A stretch of DNA of 64,000 nucleotides from a virus (IMGVR_UViG_3300032246_001533:6580-70579), one strand, 5' to 3'; positions 47,222 to 57,661 are shown, counted from the stretch's first letter. Notes: generated by a model from the sequence alone, not told the origin. Made by a program: numbers and translations.

Positions 47222-48134
47222 AGGTACATATGTTTTTAAACAAAACAGTGTAGAAATAGGTAGATCAGAAAACTTAATAACTACAAATGGTAGAAAAGTT
47301 TTACTTCAGTACCTTGTTGGAACAAGAACAAATTGGGCTGCAGATATGGCAATAGGAGCAATAAATAATTCTGTAAGCGTATCAGATGTTGAATTAAATT
47401 TTGAAACAGGAAGATATCCAGTTTCATTAAAAACATACATATCCGCAAATCAAACAAATCCAGACTTAATTGTTGTTAGGGCAACTTTGCCTTCAAGTCT
47501 ATACGCCAATATATATGAAATTGGTTTATACCCAGATACAAGAATTACAAATGTTGCTAATAGAAACGATAAAATATTAACAGATTTTTCTGATCTAACT
47601 AACTGGGTTACAAGTATTGCTAATGAAAGCTTAAACGTAACAAATCAAGGAAATACTTATATTACTGGATTTTCTCCACAAGGAACTGCTTCCCCAAGAA
47701 TTGGTGGGTTTTCTGTAGATCTTGAGCCTAACACAAAGTATGAAAATAATTCTTTTGCTTTTAGTTTAGAAGGATATACAGATTTAGATACATTACAAAT
47801 TTTAGCATATAATACAGCAAGCGGTGTTGTTACTGTAAAAATGAAAGATGTTTTAGAAAATGAATATTCTTTTAATTATACCTTAAGTGCAAACGGCTCT
47901 TATCAAATTTTAAGCGTACCATTTCCAGCAAACATTAATTTTGCAGATACAATCAATTCTGTTTCTATAACAACAGATTCAACAGCTTCATTAACGATTG
48001 ATGCAATAAAAACATCTGTGACTAACGAGCTTACAAATGAAGATTATATTATAAGTAAATCAATTCTTACAACCCCAATAGCAAAAGTTTACGGGACACC
48101 CTTGGATATTGAATATTACGTACAGGTATTGTAG
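47202..48134 (+). CDS. Minor tail protein
   Basis: NLITTNGR...MAIG...IYEIGLY pattern. Confidence 0.7.
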   Translation: MDKLTFKGTYVFKQNSVEIGRSENLITTNGRKVLLQYLVGTRTNWAADMAIGAINNSVSVSDVELNFETGRYPVSLKTYISANQTNPDLIVVRATLPSSLYANIYEIGLYPDTRITNVANRNDKILTDFSDLTNWVTSIANESLNVTNQGNTYITGFSPQGTASPRIGGFSVDLEPNTKYENNSFAFSLEGYTDLDTLQILAYNTASGVVTVKMKDVLENEYSFNYTLSANGSYQILSVPFPANINFADTINSVSITTDSTASLTIDAIKTSVTNELTNEDYIISKSILTTPIAKVYGTPLDIEYYVQVL

Positions 48135-48144
48135 GGAGAAATAA

Positions 48145-50073
48145 ATGGCCGTTGGAACAATTGCAAAGGTAAGTGTGTCTGTTTATTCAACATACGTAAA
48201 TGTTCAATTTGCAAAACCAGCTAATACAACAAAATTTATTATACAGGTAACTGATTCTGCAGGATTTTACGTAACACCAATATACAATACTTTTACTTCC
48301 TCCGCAGCAACTGGAACAAATTTAACTTATAAAGTCTCTGGCCTAACTCCTGGTCATAAATATTATCTTGATGTTACACCATATAACGGATCTCAAGTTG
48401 GAACTGCAAGACCTTATTACAATAGCAACACAAATAATACATTTACAACTACAAAAACAACAACATCTTCAACGCCAACAACAACATTTAGTGCATCTTC
48501 CCCCACAACTGGAACTTCCTCTACTGGACCAGTAAGTACTTCAAATAAAACAGGAACAACAGCAAATGGCGGTACAACAAATAAGTCTTCAGCAGCTTCA
48601 TCAAATACCCCCAATCCTGGCTCTGTAGAAGCAACACCACCGTATGATTTAAACGCTGCTGGAAGAATACAAGAAAAAATTGAAAAGCTTGACCCAAACA
48701 CCCCATACTCAATTGACGTTAGAGCCGTTTCTACAGATGCCGATGGCAAACCAATTTATTCTGAATGGTCAACAAAACTTAATTTAATTACACCAGGATA
48801 TGCTACTGACGGAAAAAATTTCCAATCTATAAATTCTAATACCGACATTCTTCTTACTGGAGGATCATTATATGCGGGAGAATTTACTGGGAGCACTGGT
48901 TCTGCCAATGTTGTAAATGATGAAATTTTTGGAACTGGCATCATATTAAATCAAAGTGGTCTTGCAGGAATTAATAATGGAGAAAAACAATTCTATATAG
49001 ATGCAAGTACAGGTGATGCATATTTTGCAGGCACTGTAGCTGCAACAATTATTCAAAGCACTAGTTATTCAGGTGTAACAGATGGAACTGCTTTTTCAAG
49101 CAATGGAATGGCTATTAATTTAAATAATGGATCCATAACATCAGAACAATTTAGAATTGATACTCAAGGAAATGCATATTTTGGCGGAGATGTTTCTGGC
49201 TCTTTGTATGGAGTCCAGACACTGGGAAATTATATATCTGCTACAGCACAAGCTTCTGCAAGCGGTAAAAACACTATTTATTATAGAATAGGAACAACAG
49301 CAACATCAAGTAGGGCGCCAGATGGAAATATTTATTCTATTACAGAAGGAAGCGGAACAACTGGTCCTTCATCAGCATTTCCAGTAGGCCCGATAACTGG
49401 ACAAACTGCAATTGATGGAGATACATGGTTTGCATACAATGTAAATAAACGTGTGATCGCACAATACACATATAGTGCTTCAAGCGGTGGCTGGATTCAA
49501 ACAAAAGTTGACGGTTTAGTAATTGCAAATATTGATGCAGGAGCAATAACATCAGGAACAATTTCTGCTTCAATTGAAATAAGATCTCCAAATATTGTTG
49601 GTGGACTTATTATTGGAGGAAGGTTTCAAACTTCAAATAATGCAGGTCATATTGAAATAGGAAATACCAACTATCAAGATACTATTGTTTTTAAAAATTA
49701 CAACGGAGCAGTTGGCGCTACGTTGGCTCCTTTTGTTGATGAAAGCGGTACTGACGGATTAATAATACACTCGGGATCAAGCCCAACTACAAATACTGAA
49801 GGGTCAACAAATGGTGTTGCTATGCAGTGGGTAGGCAGAGATTATTGGACAGTTCAATATAAGAACAATCTCCCATTGATAGATATACAATTTAATTCAC
49901 TTCGTACAAGAAATCATTTTGGATATGCCTATACAGTTAACAATTCTAATACACCTTCATATGGTCCATCAGACGTAAGAATGAGAAATATTGGATACGG
50001 AAATACTGGAACAACAAGCCCCGCCAGCAGCACTGTATATGCTGGCAACGGGGACATATATTTGGGATATTAA
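48145..50073 (+). CDS. Tail fibre / minor tail protein with FN3 domains and a Ser/Thr linker
   Basis: GLTPGHKYY and LDPNTPYSIDVRAV FN3 motifs; IDAGAITSGTI repeats. Confidence 0.75.
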   Translation: MAVGTIAKVSVSVYSTYVNVQFAKPANTTKFIIQVTDSAGFYVTPIYNTFTSSAATGTNLTYKVSGLTPGHKYYLDVTPYNGSQVGTARPYYNSNTNNTFTTTKTTTSSTPTTTFSASSPTTGTSSTGPVSTSNKTGTTANGGTTNKSSAASSNTPNPGSVEATPPYDLNAAGRIQEKIEKLDPNTPYSIDVRAVSTDADGKPIYSEWSTKLNLITPGYATDGKNFQSINSNTDILLTGGSLYAGEFTGSTGSANVVNDEIFGTGIILNQSGLAGINNGEKQFYIDASTGDAYFAGTVAATIIQSTSYSGVTDGTAFSSNGMAINLNNGSITSEQFRIDTQGNAYFGGDVSGSLYGVQTLGNYISATAQASASGKNTIYYRIGTTATSSRAPDGNIYSITEGSGTTGPSSAFPVGPITGQTAIDGDTWFAYNVNKRVIAQYTYSASSGGWIQTKVDGLVIANIDAGAITSGTISASIEIRSPNIVGGLIIGGRFQTSNNAGHIEIGNTNYQDTIVFKNYNGAVGATLAPFVDESGTDGLIIHSGSSPTTNTEGSTNGVAMQWVGRDYWTVQYKNNLPLIDIQFNSLRTRNHFGYAYTVNNSNTPSYGPSDVRMRNIGYGNTGTTSPASSTVYAGNGDIYLGY

Positions 50074-51687
50074 ATGGCTGGATTTGTTTACAATGGAAGC
50101 TGGAGAAATCTAAAAAGCATCTTTGTTTATAATGGCGCTTGGCGTTCAGTAAAATCTGGGTGGGTTTATAATGGAGCTTGGAGAAGATTTTTTTTAGCAG
50201 GATCTTCTATAGAATCAGAAGTTACAATTTCTAAATCTTTAAATTCAACCGACCTTGTAGTTTTAACAGGAAGAAACTACCACTGGAACCCAACACCAAC
50301 TTCATTGTCATATTCATTTCAGTGGTCTTCAAACGGTGGCTCATCTTGGTCAGACATAGACAATGGAACAGCAACTAACCCGTCCTCTGGATCAAGTAAT
50401 ACATATTCGTATACAGTTGCAAAGAATGAAGTTGCAAAAGGTGGAGTAGATAATCTTTATAGGTTTGTGGTTAATGCTACAATAGACGGTGATTCTGTAA
50501 GCAGCACATCAAGCACAACTACAATAAGTAGTCCCTATGACATAGGCGTTTATGAAGATACTCGTGGAATAACAAGTGTAAGAATATACTGGGATGCATC
50601 TGTAAATGCAAATAGATATATTGTTTATTATCAAGATATATTTACAGGTACATTTTATTATGCAGTAAATGGAGCAGGAGGAAAAACAGGAACTTCAGCT
50701 ACAATAACTAACCTAACATCAAATAGAAATTATAGGTTCTATGTTCTTCCAATAACGGGAACAGCTGGGTCAACATTATTAAATTATTATGGATACGCAG
50801 GTAACAGTGCCTATGTAGACATAAAAACAGATAGACCCACTACACCAGATGTGCCAACAGGCTTAACAGTCACTCCCCGTGGATCAAGATATTACACGTT
50901 ATCCTGGGATTATGATTCAGATTATACATATGATATTTATTGGGGATCACTAAATCAACAATATGCAGGAGATTATGCTGACGCATATAACATTGGTTCA
51001 TCGCCATTTGAATACTCATATCAATTCCCAGCAGGGTCTACTTGGTATTTTTCAATAAGAGCAGTTTTAAATGGCGCTAAAGGCGATTGGTCAGCACCAG
51101 TTGGAGCAAAGCTACCAGGCAAACCTACGGGAGGCGCAATTGAGCTGTCAGGTTCTGGAGCAGCTGGAAGTACATTGACGGCTACAACTACTGGGTGGAC
51201 AGATTCTCCAACAACCTATAGTGTAGAAATCTGGGCGGGAACGACAGCTGGAAGCTACAACATATTAAAAGCATATAATTCACCATCAACATCAAATACA
51301 GTTTCTTATACTATTACAACTAATGACGCTTCACCACCACCATATATATTTATTGCATATGCTTATGGCATAAATTCATATGGAACTTCAGATAGAGCAA
51401 CTTCAAGCACTATTACTTCATACATACCTACACCAACCCCTACACCAACCCCTACACCAACCCCTACACCAACCCCTACACCGACTGGGATCACTTATTA
51501 TGTTGGCACATCTACATGTGATTTCCAACTTGGCGAATATGTTTCTGGTCCTTCTGTTAGTGGACCATTTACTGCTGAAAGTATGCCATCCGATACATCG
51601 GTACTTGGAGCAAGAACTCTTAGACTTACTGCTTATAGAAGCACATCTGACGCTGCTTTAGCTGCTGTATCAGGTTCATGCGGATAA
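50074..51687 (+). CDS. Ig/FN3-repeat receptor-binding-like protein with a (PT)10 linker
   Basis: Three N-terminal VYNG(S/A)WR repeats; NLTSNRNYRFYV; PTPTPT. Confidence 0.75.
   Translation: MAGFVYNGSWRNLKSIFVYNGAWRSVKSGWVYNGAWRRFFLAGSSIESEVTISKSLNSTDLVVLTGRNYHWNPTPTSLSYSFQWSSNGGSSWSDIDNGTATNPSSGSSNTYSYTVAKNEVAKGGVDNLYRFVVNATIDGDSVSSTSSTTTISSPYDIGVYEDTRGITSVRIYWDASVNANRYIVYYQDIFTGTFYYAVNGAGGKTGTSATITNLTSNRNYRFYVLPITGTAGSTLLNYYGYAGNSAYVDIKTDRPTTPDVPTGLTVTPRGSRYYTLSWDYDSDYTYDIYWGSLNQQYAGDYADAYNIGSSPFEYSYQFPAGSTWYFSIRAVLNGAKGDWSAPVGAKLPGKPTGGAIELSGSGAAGSTLTATTTGWTDSPTTYSVEIWAGTTAGSYNILKAYNSPSTSNTVSYTITTNDASPPPYIFIAYAYGINSYGTSDRATSSTITSYIPTPTPTPTPTPTPTPTPTPTGITYYVGTSTCDFQLGEYVSGPSVSGPFTAESMPSDTSVLGARTLRLTAYRSTSDAALAAVSGSCG
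51427..51486 (+). repeat. 12-bp tandem repeat, five copies, encoding (PT)10
   Basis: CCTACACCAACC four times plus CCTACACCGACT. Confidence 0.9.
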
Positions 51688-51737
51688 AATAAAAGCAAAA
51701 ATATGATATACTGATAAATCAAGTCGCTAGGAAAAAT

Positions 51738-51935
51738 ATGGATGATGCAAAAGTTTGGGATTTATTAAATCCAAATATTAAATGGGCAGACGAACATAAA
51801 ACAAATTTAAGATACAGTATTTGTAAATCTTGCCCCGAGTTAATTAAATTAACTAAACAATGTAAAAAGTGTAGTTGTTTAATGCAATTTAAAACAAAAA
51901 TTGAAAAAGCATCCTGTCCGATTGGAAAATGGTAA
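51738..51935 (+). CDS. Small Cys-rich protein
   Basis: CKSC...CKKCSC...CPIGKW; promoter at 51704-51712. Confidence 0.75.
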   Translation: MDDAKVWDLLNPNIKWADEHKTNLRYSICKSCPELIKLTKQCKKCSCLMQFKTKIEKASCPIGKW

Positions 51936-52468
51936 TGAAAATTAAAGAGCCTGAAATAATTAAAACAATACTTCCCCCAGAAGAATTAAAAAAAATACAA
52001 CAATATGCAATGAAAATGTGGGCAACAAATCCAAATTATGATTTTTCTTTTGGCAGACATCAATGGGCTAATACTCCAGAGCTAAAAGAGTTTCATGAAA
52101 TGCTTACAGAAATAGCTAAAGATCATTTTGAGTCTAATACACTAAAACCTTCATGGTGCCTTATGTCAATTTATGAAGGAAAAGAAGCAAAACTATGGAA
52201 ACATAAAGATGATAATGCTTGCACATATCATATAAATTTTTGTGTATTTCAAAAAACACCGTGGGAACTTTGGGTAGAAGGAAAGCCTTATCTTTTAGAA
52301 GAAAATGACGCTCTTATGACATATGGTAATGATCAAGAACACTGGAGAGAACAATTTCCAGATCCAGAAAAAAACCTTGTTTGTAATGTATTTTTCTTTT
52401 ATTGTGAGCCAGATCACTGGTATTTTACAGAAGGTCCAGATTATCTTTATACACATATCAGAAAATAA
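51929..52468 (+). CDS. 2OG-Fe(II) oxygenase-like protein
   Basis: HKD...C and EHWRE motifs. Confidence 0.75.
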   Translation: MVMKIKEPEIIKTILPPEELKKIQQYAMKMWATNPNYDFSFGRHQWANTPELKEFHEMLTEIAKDHFESNTLKPSWCLMSIYEGKEAKLWKHKDDNACTYHINFCVFQKTPWELWVEGKPYLLEENDALMTYGNDQEHWREQFPDPEKNLVCNVFFFYCEPDHWYFTEGPDYLYTHIRK

Positions 52469-52499
52469 GCGTTTATGCTATAATTAATAAGGAGGAATT

Positions 52500-52718
52500 A
52501 TGACATATCAATTAACAAATGAAGAAAAAAGATCTATTATTAATCAACATTTAAAAAATCTTGAGTTCAACAGGTACAATCTAGAAATAAGTTTGATTGA
52601 AGTAAATGCAGCGGGAGAATCATCAAAAGAATCTGCCGAAGATATTCAAGCTCAGATAAATTTAATAATTTCTAAACAAACATCTTTAAATGCAGAACTT
52701 GCATCTTTAACAGAATAG
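52500..52718 (+). CDS. Small coiled-coil protein
   Basis: AGGAGG RBS; promoter at 52476-52484. Confidence 0.75.
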   Translation: MTYQLTNEEKRSIINQHLKNLEFNRYNLEISLIEVNAAGESSKESAEDIQAQINLIISKQTSLNAELASLTE

Positions 52719-52724
52719 GTAAAA

Positions 52725-52901
52725 ATGGAAAAAGCAGAGTTAATAATTACTGCTCTACAGCAACGTATTGGCGAAATTGTTTCTGATTATGAAACACGCA
52801 TTGCCGTGCTCAGAGCTGATTTAACGCAATTAATGGATAAAGAGAAAGCTAAGGAAGAATATGCTGAATCTCTTCAAGAAAAAACTAGTCAAAGAAACTA
52901 A
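52725..52901 (+). CDS. 58-aa coiled-coil protein missed by the ORF track
   Basis: Hand translation MEKAELIITALQQRIGEIVSDYETRIAVLRADLTQLMDKEKAKEEYAESLQEKTSQRN. Confidence 0.7.
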   Translation: MEKAELIITALQQRIGEIVSDYETRIAVLRADLTQLMDKEKAKEEYAESLQEKTSQRN

Positions 52902-53256
52902 AATAGCGTCGTTTGTACCAAGCGGTTTAATTGGATTAAACGCTGGCTCTTTTTATTACGTAAAGGGAAACAAAAGATTTAAATTTGTTTCAGAAAGAGC
53001 TATGAAATCTTGGTGCCTTCCTATTTTAAAAATTGATGCTGCATTTTTAAACCGTTTAATTTCAGGTGGAACCCTGGGATTTAGAGACGGTTCTTTGGTC
53101 CAAGACATATCAGATGGTAAAATATATCTTATAAGCAATTCAAAAAAACGACACATTTTAAACCCAGATGTGCTAGAATGGTTTGAAGCAGATATAATTA
53201 AAGCTTCACAAAAAGAAATATTAATACATACAGAGGGGGAGCCAATAGATGAGTAA
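52861..53256 (+). CDS. Hypothetical protein with an internal duplication (YYVKGNKRFKF / YLISNSKKRHI)
   Basis: ORF track. Confidence 0.7.
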   Translation: MLNLFKKKLVKETKIASFVPSGLIGLNAGSFYYVKGNKRFKFVSERAMKSWCLPILKIDAAFLNRLISGGTLGFRDGSLVQDISDGKIYLISNSKKRHILNPDVLEWFEADIIKASQKEILIHTEGEPIDE

Positions 53257-53662
53257 CAAAATAATTCAATCCGATAATGCTGTAATTGATTACACAACTA
53301 TCTCTGTAATGATTGATACTTTAAACAAACAGCAAAAAGCTATTGAAGATTTACAAGCAACTGTAAATGGAACAGTAACAACAGTTGATCTTATTTCAGG
53401 AAAAGTAACAGAAACAACTGGATCAAAAAAAGCAATTGGTAGTGCGGTTCAGATTACGGGAAAAACAGTCAAGGTAGATTTTGGTTCAAATTTTACACAA
53501 AAACCAAGTTCTGTAGTTGGAACAGTTTTATCAAATACTGGAACTCCAGCATATGCTTTTGTAAGCTCTACTGTTACAAGTACACAGGCTATATTTACAA
53601 TAGTGACAAGCTCAACAACCTATAAAGGCATGTACCTTTATTGGATGGCATACGGAATTTAA
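53249..53662 (+). CDS. Coiled coil plus gp53-like/H-type-lectin-like C-terminal domain
   Basis: VDFGSNFTQKPSSVV...LYWMAYG. Confidence 0.65.
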   Translation: MSNKIIQSDNAVIDYTTISVMIDTLNKQQKAIEDLQATVNGTVTTVDLISGKVTETTGSKKAIGSAVQITGKTVKVDFGSNFTQKPSSVVGTVLSNTGTPAYAFVSSTVTSTQAIFTIVTSSTTYKGMYLYWMAYGI

Positions 53663-53922
53663 TGTACAAGCCTATCAAGTTTTGGAATAAACAAGATAGT
53701 AAAATTAGTAAAGAAGGTTACGTTTTGGTAAAAGCTCCAGAGCATCCTAAAAATTTTAAAGGTTGGTATTATGAGCACCGACTTATTATGGAAAAAGAAA
53801 TTGGTAGAGTTTTGCAAGATTGGGAAACAATTCACCATATAAATGAAAATAAGTTAGATAATAGATTAATTAATCTATTTTTATGCTCAAGAATAGAGCA
53901 TAATAAAGCACACGTTGCTTGA
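53662..53922 (+). CDS. HNH endonuclease (HNH_3-like)
   Basis: EHRLIME...IHHINENKLDNRLINL; start reassigned to ATG 53662. Confidence 0.85.
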   Translation: MYKPIKFWNKQDSKISKEGYVLVKAPEHPKNFKGWYYEHRLIMEKEIGRVLQDWETIHHINENKLDNRLINLFLCSRIEHNKAHVA

Positions 53923-53948
53923 CAAAAAACAATAAATTACGCTACAAT
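53919..53948 (+). promoter_or_regulatory. Canonical -35/-10 promoter opening the phosphoesterase/replication block
   Basis: TTGACA-N18-TACAAT. Confidence 0.7.
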
Positions 53949-53973
53949 TAACTAAACCTAAACAAAGGACTAT

Positions 53974-54735
53974 ATGACTAATGATTTAAAATGGATGATG
54001 GTATCGGATATTCACTTCCCCCGCCATGATCCAAGAAAAGTAGAACTATTCATGAATGTTATGAAGTGGTTTAAACCAGACTCTGTTGATTTGCTAGGCG
54101 ACATTGATGATGCAGATTCAACATCACGATGGGCTGCAGAATATCCTGCAGAGTTTTCAATTCCAGTAAGCGATGGTGGTGTTACAGGGACAAGAGATTT
54201 TCTTGCGGACCTTCGTAAAATTGCTGGAACAAATGCAGATTTACATTTTCATGACGGTAATCACGGCTGGACAAGACATGGTGATTATTTAGCAAAAAAA
54301 GCTCCAGCATTTCTAGAATTCATTACACCAGATTCACTCTATGAATATAAAAAACACGGCATTAACTGGCACGAATATAACGAGCCACCTGTTAAACGCT
54401 TTGGTGATATGTATGGTCATCATGGTGAGTCCATTTCAAAACACTCTGGAGAATCAGTTCGTAATGACGTAAACAACTGGGGAGTATCCTTAGTTCGTGG
54501 ACACTCTCATCGCATGGGTGCCTATTATCAAACATACAATATTACGGGGCAAGAGCTTCGTGGATATGAAATAGGACATCTTTGCGATGAAACTAAAATG
54601 GATTATTCCATTCAAAAAAACTGGCAGGCGGGATTTGCAATAGCACACGTTGTTAATGATTATCCGCATATGCAGTTAATTCAAATTACACGAGATTATA
54701 CTTGTGTAGTTGACGGTAAAACATTTACCGCATAA
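53974..54735 (+). CDS. Calcineurin-like metallophosphoesterase
   Basis: SDIH, GDIDD, GNH, HG and GHSH motifs. Confidence 0.9.
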   Translation: MTNDLKWMMVSDIHFPRHDPRKVELFMNVMKWFKPDSVDLLGDIDDADSTSRWAAEYPAEFSIPVSDGGVTGTRDFLADLRKIAGTNADLHFHDGNHGWTRHGDYLAKKAPAFLEFITPDSLYEYKKHGINWHEYNEPPVKRFGDMYGHHGESISKHSGESVRNDVNNWGVSLVRGHSHRMGAYYQTYNITGQELRGYEIGHLCDETKMDYSIQKNWQAGFAIAHVVNDYPHMQLIQITRDYTCVVDGKTFTA

Positions 54736-54756
54736 TATAAATAGGAGAAATAAAAT

Positions 54757-55023
54757 ATGAAGATTAATCAAGCAATGATTGAATCTTATGCACGTAACTT
54801 GCTGGGCCAACTTATTGGTGCAGCAACAATTGTTTCAGCAGCAACAAATGTTTCTATTCAAAATTTTGGTGGACACGAAGTATTGCTAGTTGCAAACGCA
54901 CTTTGGGCATCACTTGTCCCAGTAGTAATTAGATACGTTAATAAGAAAGATCCAGCATTTGGACTTATCGCAGAAGTAGCTACAGCTAAAGTAACAAAAA
55001 AGTTGGGTAAAGCTGCTAAGTAA
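54757..55023 (+). CDS. Holin-like two-TM membrane protein
   Basis: Two hydrophobic segments; RYVNKKDPAFG; basic tail. Confidence 0.6.
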   Translation: MKINQAMIESYARNLLGQLIGAATIVSAATNVSIQNFGGHEVLLVANALWASLVPVVIRYVNKKDPAFGLIAEVATAKVTKKLGKAAK

Positions 55024-55043
55024 TTAACAGCCAAAACTAAATA

Positions 55044-55229
55044 ATGTTAACGTGTAAAAGATGCAAAGGACGAGTATTTGTTGATAGAGTTTATTCCCAG
55101 AACCTTCGGATCGAATTGTATTGCATCATGTGTGGGAAAAGATGGATGATCAGAAAAGATAATAGGTTCGCATCATGGGCAACAAAACAAGAAGAGATAC
55201 TTCATCACGCCTACGGTATTTTTACCTAA
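55044..55229 (+). CDS. Zinc-ribbon protein
   Basis: CKRCKG...CIMCG. Confidence 0.75.
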   Translation: MLTCKRCKGRVFVDRVYSQNLRIELYCIMCGKRWMIRKDNRFASWATKQEEILHHAYGIFT

Positions 55230-55690
55230 ATGGTAAATTACACAAGGCTATACGTCGTTCCCGTCCCGAAGACCTAATTATTGCTTGGGATTATCAGTTG
55301 GAGAAGCGTGTTGCTTATAATTTAACAGATGTTATTAAAAATAAACAACACGCCTATCCAATTAAAGAAGTTGTTAAAATAATTGGAAAACATGAAGATA
55401 CAATTAAGTTGCATTTATATAAAGGAGATTTAAAATTTCCACAAAGAATTTATTCTTTAAATGGAAATAGAACTCCAGGAAAATATTTTTGGAGTGAAGA
55501 CGATATTAGACAAATGCATGATTTTTTTAAAACAGTACACAGGGGTAGGCCAAGAAACGATGGCGGTATAACTCCAGGAGATATGCCAAGCAGAGCAGAA
55601 TTAGAAGCAATGATTAAACAAGAAAACATTTTATATATTAAAAATAACGACGGGGAATTTGTCCCAGTTTGGAAGCAGCCTGAATGGTAA
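55175..55690 (+). CDS. MerR/excisionase-like HTH DNA-binding protein
   Basis: YPIKEVVKIIGKHEDTIK...WSEDDI; RGRPR AT-hook-like motif. Confidence 0.7.
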   Translation: MGNKTRRDTSSRLRYFYLNGKLHKAIRRSRPEDLIIAWDYQLEKRVAYNLTDVIKNKQHAYPIKEVVKIIGKHEDTIKLHLYKGDLKFPQRIYSLNGNRTPGKYFWSEDDIRQMHDFFKTVHRGRPRNDGGITPGDMPSRAELEAMIKQENILYIKNNDGEFVPVWKQPEW

Positions 55691-55914
55691 ATGAAAAATT
55701 AAGTAAAGAAGCAAAGCACACACTAGATCAATCATTAAAAGTTTTAGAGTATGCTATGGAATTAGCTTTACAAAAAGATGACCTAGATGCTATGATAGCA
55801 ATATCAGATAGATTGATGATGTTGTATCAACATCTAGCGGACAAAAACCCTAGAAAATTTAAACCAGGTTTTGCATTAGTTGAAAAGGAAGAAAAAAATG
55901 AGCAGCCAGAGTAA
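55684..55914 (+). CDS. Hypothetical protein
   Basis: ORF track; overlapping operon arrangement. Confidence 0.7.
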   Translation: MVNEKLSKEAKHTLDQSLKVLEYAMELALQKDDLDAMIAISDRLMMLYQHLADKNPRKFKPGFALVEKEEKNEQPE

Positions 55915-56116
55915 TATAAAGGTTGACTTACAATTTACTCGCAATTTAGGCAATTATGAAAGCCTTAAGGTTGGTATTGGAATTGAAGATTTTCAACGTG
56001 CTGGAGAAACTATTGATGAAGCAACTAATCGGGTTTATGCTTTTGTTGAAAAAAAATTAATGGAAAAAGTTTCTGAAATAGAAGAAGAATTAAAAAGTAA
56101 TAAGGGAAGCAAATGA
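55898..56116 (+). CDS. Phage hypothetical protein (TRNLGNYESLK)
   Basis: Start reassigned to ATG 55898. Confidence 0.75.
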   Translation: MSSQSNIKVDLQFTRNLGNYESLKVGIGIEDFQRAGETIDEATNRVYAFVEKKLMEKVSEIEEELKSNKGSK

Positions 56117-56445
56117 CAAAAGATGAAGCAAAACTTGCCTACGGTTTAGTTTCACTTTATTGCACTATGTATAAAGAAAAATATGGAAAAGCTCCAGTTG
56201 TTAATAAGTACAGAGAAAAGTGGGCAATGCAAGATGTCATAGATAGTGTTGGTTATGACAGAGCAAAAGTATTACTTGATTATTATTTTAAAGTAACAAA
56301 TAGAGGACATGCTATATCTTGGTTTTTTTATAATTTTGAAAAATTAGATATAACATTGCAGCAAGCAGAAGAAGATAAAACAAGAAGAGAATTAATTAGA
56401 AGCAAGACTAGAGCTATGGTTGAAGAAAGAGACAATGAACACTGA
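56113..56445 (+). CDS. Hypothetical protein upstream of the helicase (possible loader or initiator partner)
   Basis: Overlaps the dnaB start; function inferred only from position. Confidence 0.65.
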   Translation: MTKDEAKLAYGLVSLYCTMYKEKYGKAPVVNKYREKWAMQDVIDSVGYDRAKVLLDYYFKVTNRGHAISWFFYNFEKLDITLQQAEEDKTRRELIRSKTRAMVEERDNEH

Positions 56446-57661
56446 ATCAGCAGTAATAACATCAGTTTGTAAAAATAAAGATATCTCTACTGTTCTTGCT
56501 GAAAATATTGATGAAGTTTTTACATCTCACAGAGATGTTTGGGAAGGACTTAAATCTTATTATTTAAAGTTTAAATCAGTTCCAGATGTTTCAGTACTTA
56601 CAGAAAAATTTAAAGATTTTGAACCAACAAATGTCAAAGGCGAGACTGCATATTATTTAGACCAACTTAAAAATGAATATCTTGCAAGTAGGTTGCGAAA
56701 TCTTCTTTTAAGTTCAGGCGCTAGTTTAAAAACAGAAGCATCAAGTCGAGTTATTCTTCAAATGCAATCAGAGCTTAATTCTCTAGGAAAGCTAACCTCT
56801 GCTGTTAGAGATGTTGATTTAACAGACTTTAAGCTTGCAGAAAAACACTTTGAGTCTGTCAAAAATCGTTCTGATGCAATGGGCGGAAGCCCAGGAATCA
56901 TGACAGGGTTTAAAGCTATAGACTACGCATATCCCACTGGAATGGCTCCAGGGCACCTAATTGTTATGATTGGTTGGCCAGGTAGGGGTAAGACTTGGAT
57001 GAGCTCCTATTTGGCTTGTAAGGCATGGGAACAAGGCTTTAAACCTATGATCATATCTCTTGAAATGACACCAGAAAATATGCGTGACCGCATATATACC
57101 ATGTTGGGCTCAGGTTTATTTAAAGCATCAGATTTTTCAAGAGGACAAGTAGACATAAGTTCATTTGATGATTGGGCTACAAAAAAGTTTAAAGATAAGA
57201 ATCAATTTATATTAGTATCTAATGAAGGAACTGGACAAGTAACTCCAAATACAGTTCAGGCCAAAATTGACCAGCATAAACCAGATCTTGTAATTCTTGA
57301 TTATCATCAATTATTTAATGACTCATCTGGAGCTAAATCAGAAGTAGAAAGAAATAGAAATATTTCTCGTGACTTTAAATTGCTTGCAGTAAGAAATAAT
57401 ATTCCAATTATTGATATTACCGCAGCAACTATGGATGACATTTCAGATCAAGATTCCCCGCCATTATTGTCACAGGTAGCATGGTCAAAGGCAATTGAAT
57501 ACGATGCTGATATGGCAATGGCAGTTCATAGAACCCCAGATACCAATATTATTGAAGTAGTATCAAGAAAGAATCGTCATGGGACTGAATTTGATTTTTA
57601 CCTTGACTGGGATTTAAATCGGGGAATTATTCAAGAGTTGTATGACAACCCAATAACATAA
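56435..57661 (+). CDS. dnaB: DnaB-like replicative helicase
   Basis: GWPGRGKT Walker A, SLEM, ILDYHQL, IEYDAD, KNRHG. Confidence 0.92.
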   Translation: MNTESAVITSVCKNKDISTVLAENIDEVFTSHRDVWEGLKSYYLKFKSVPDVSVLTEKFKDFEPTNVKGETAYYLDQLKNEYLASRLRNLLLSSGASLKTEASSRVILQMQSELNSLGKLTSAVRDVDLTDFKLAEKHFESVKNRSDAMGGSPGIMTGFKAIDYAYPTGMAPGHLIVMIGWPGRGKTWMSSYLACKAWEQGFKPMIISLEMTPENMRDRIYTMLGSGLFKASDFSRGQVDISSFDDWATKKFKDKNQFILVSNEGTGQVTPNTVQAKIDQHKPDLVILDYHQLFNDSSGAKSEVERNRNISRDFKLLAVRNNIPIIDITAATMDDISDQDSPPLLSQVAWSKAIEYDADMAMAVHRTPDTNIIEVVSRKNRHGTEFDFYLDWDLNRGIIQELYDNPIT

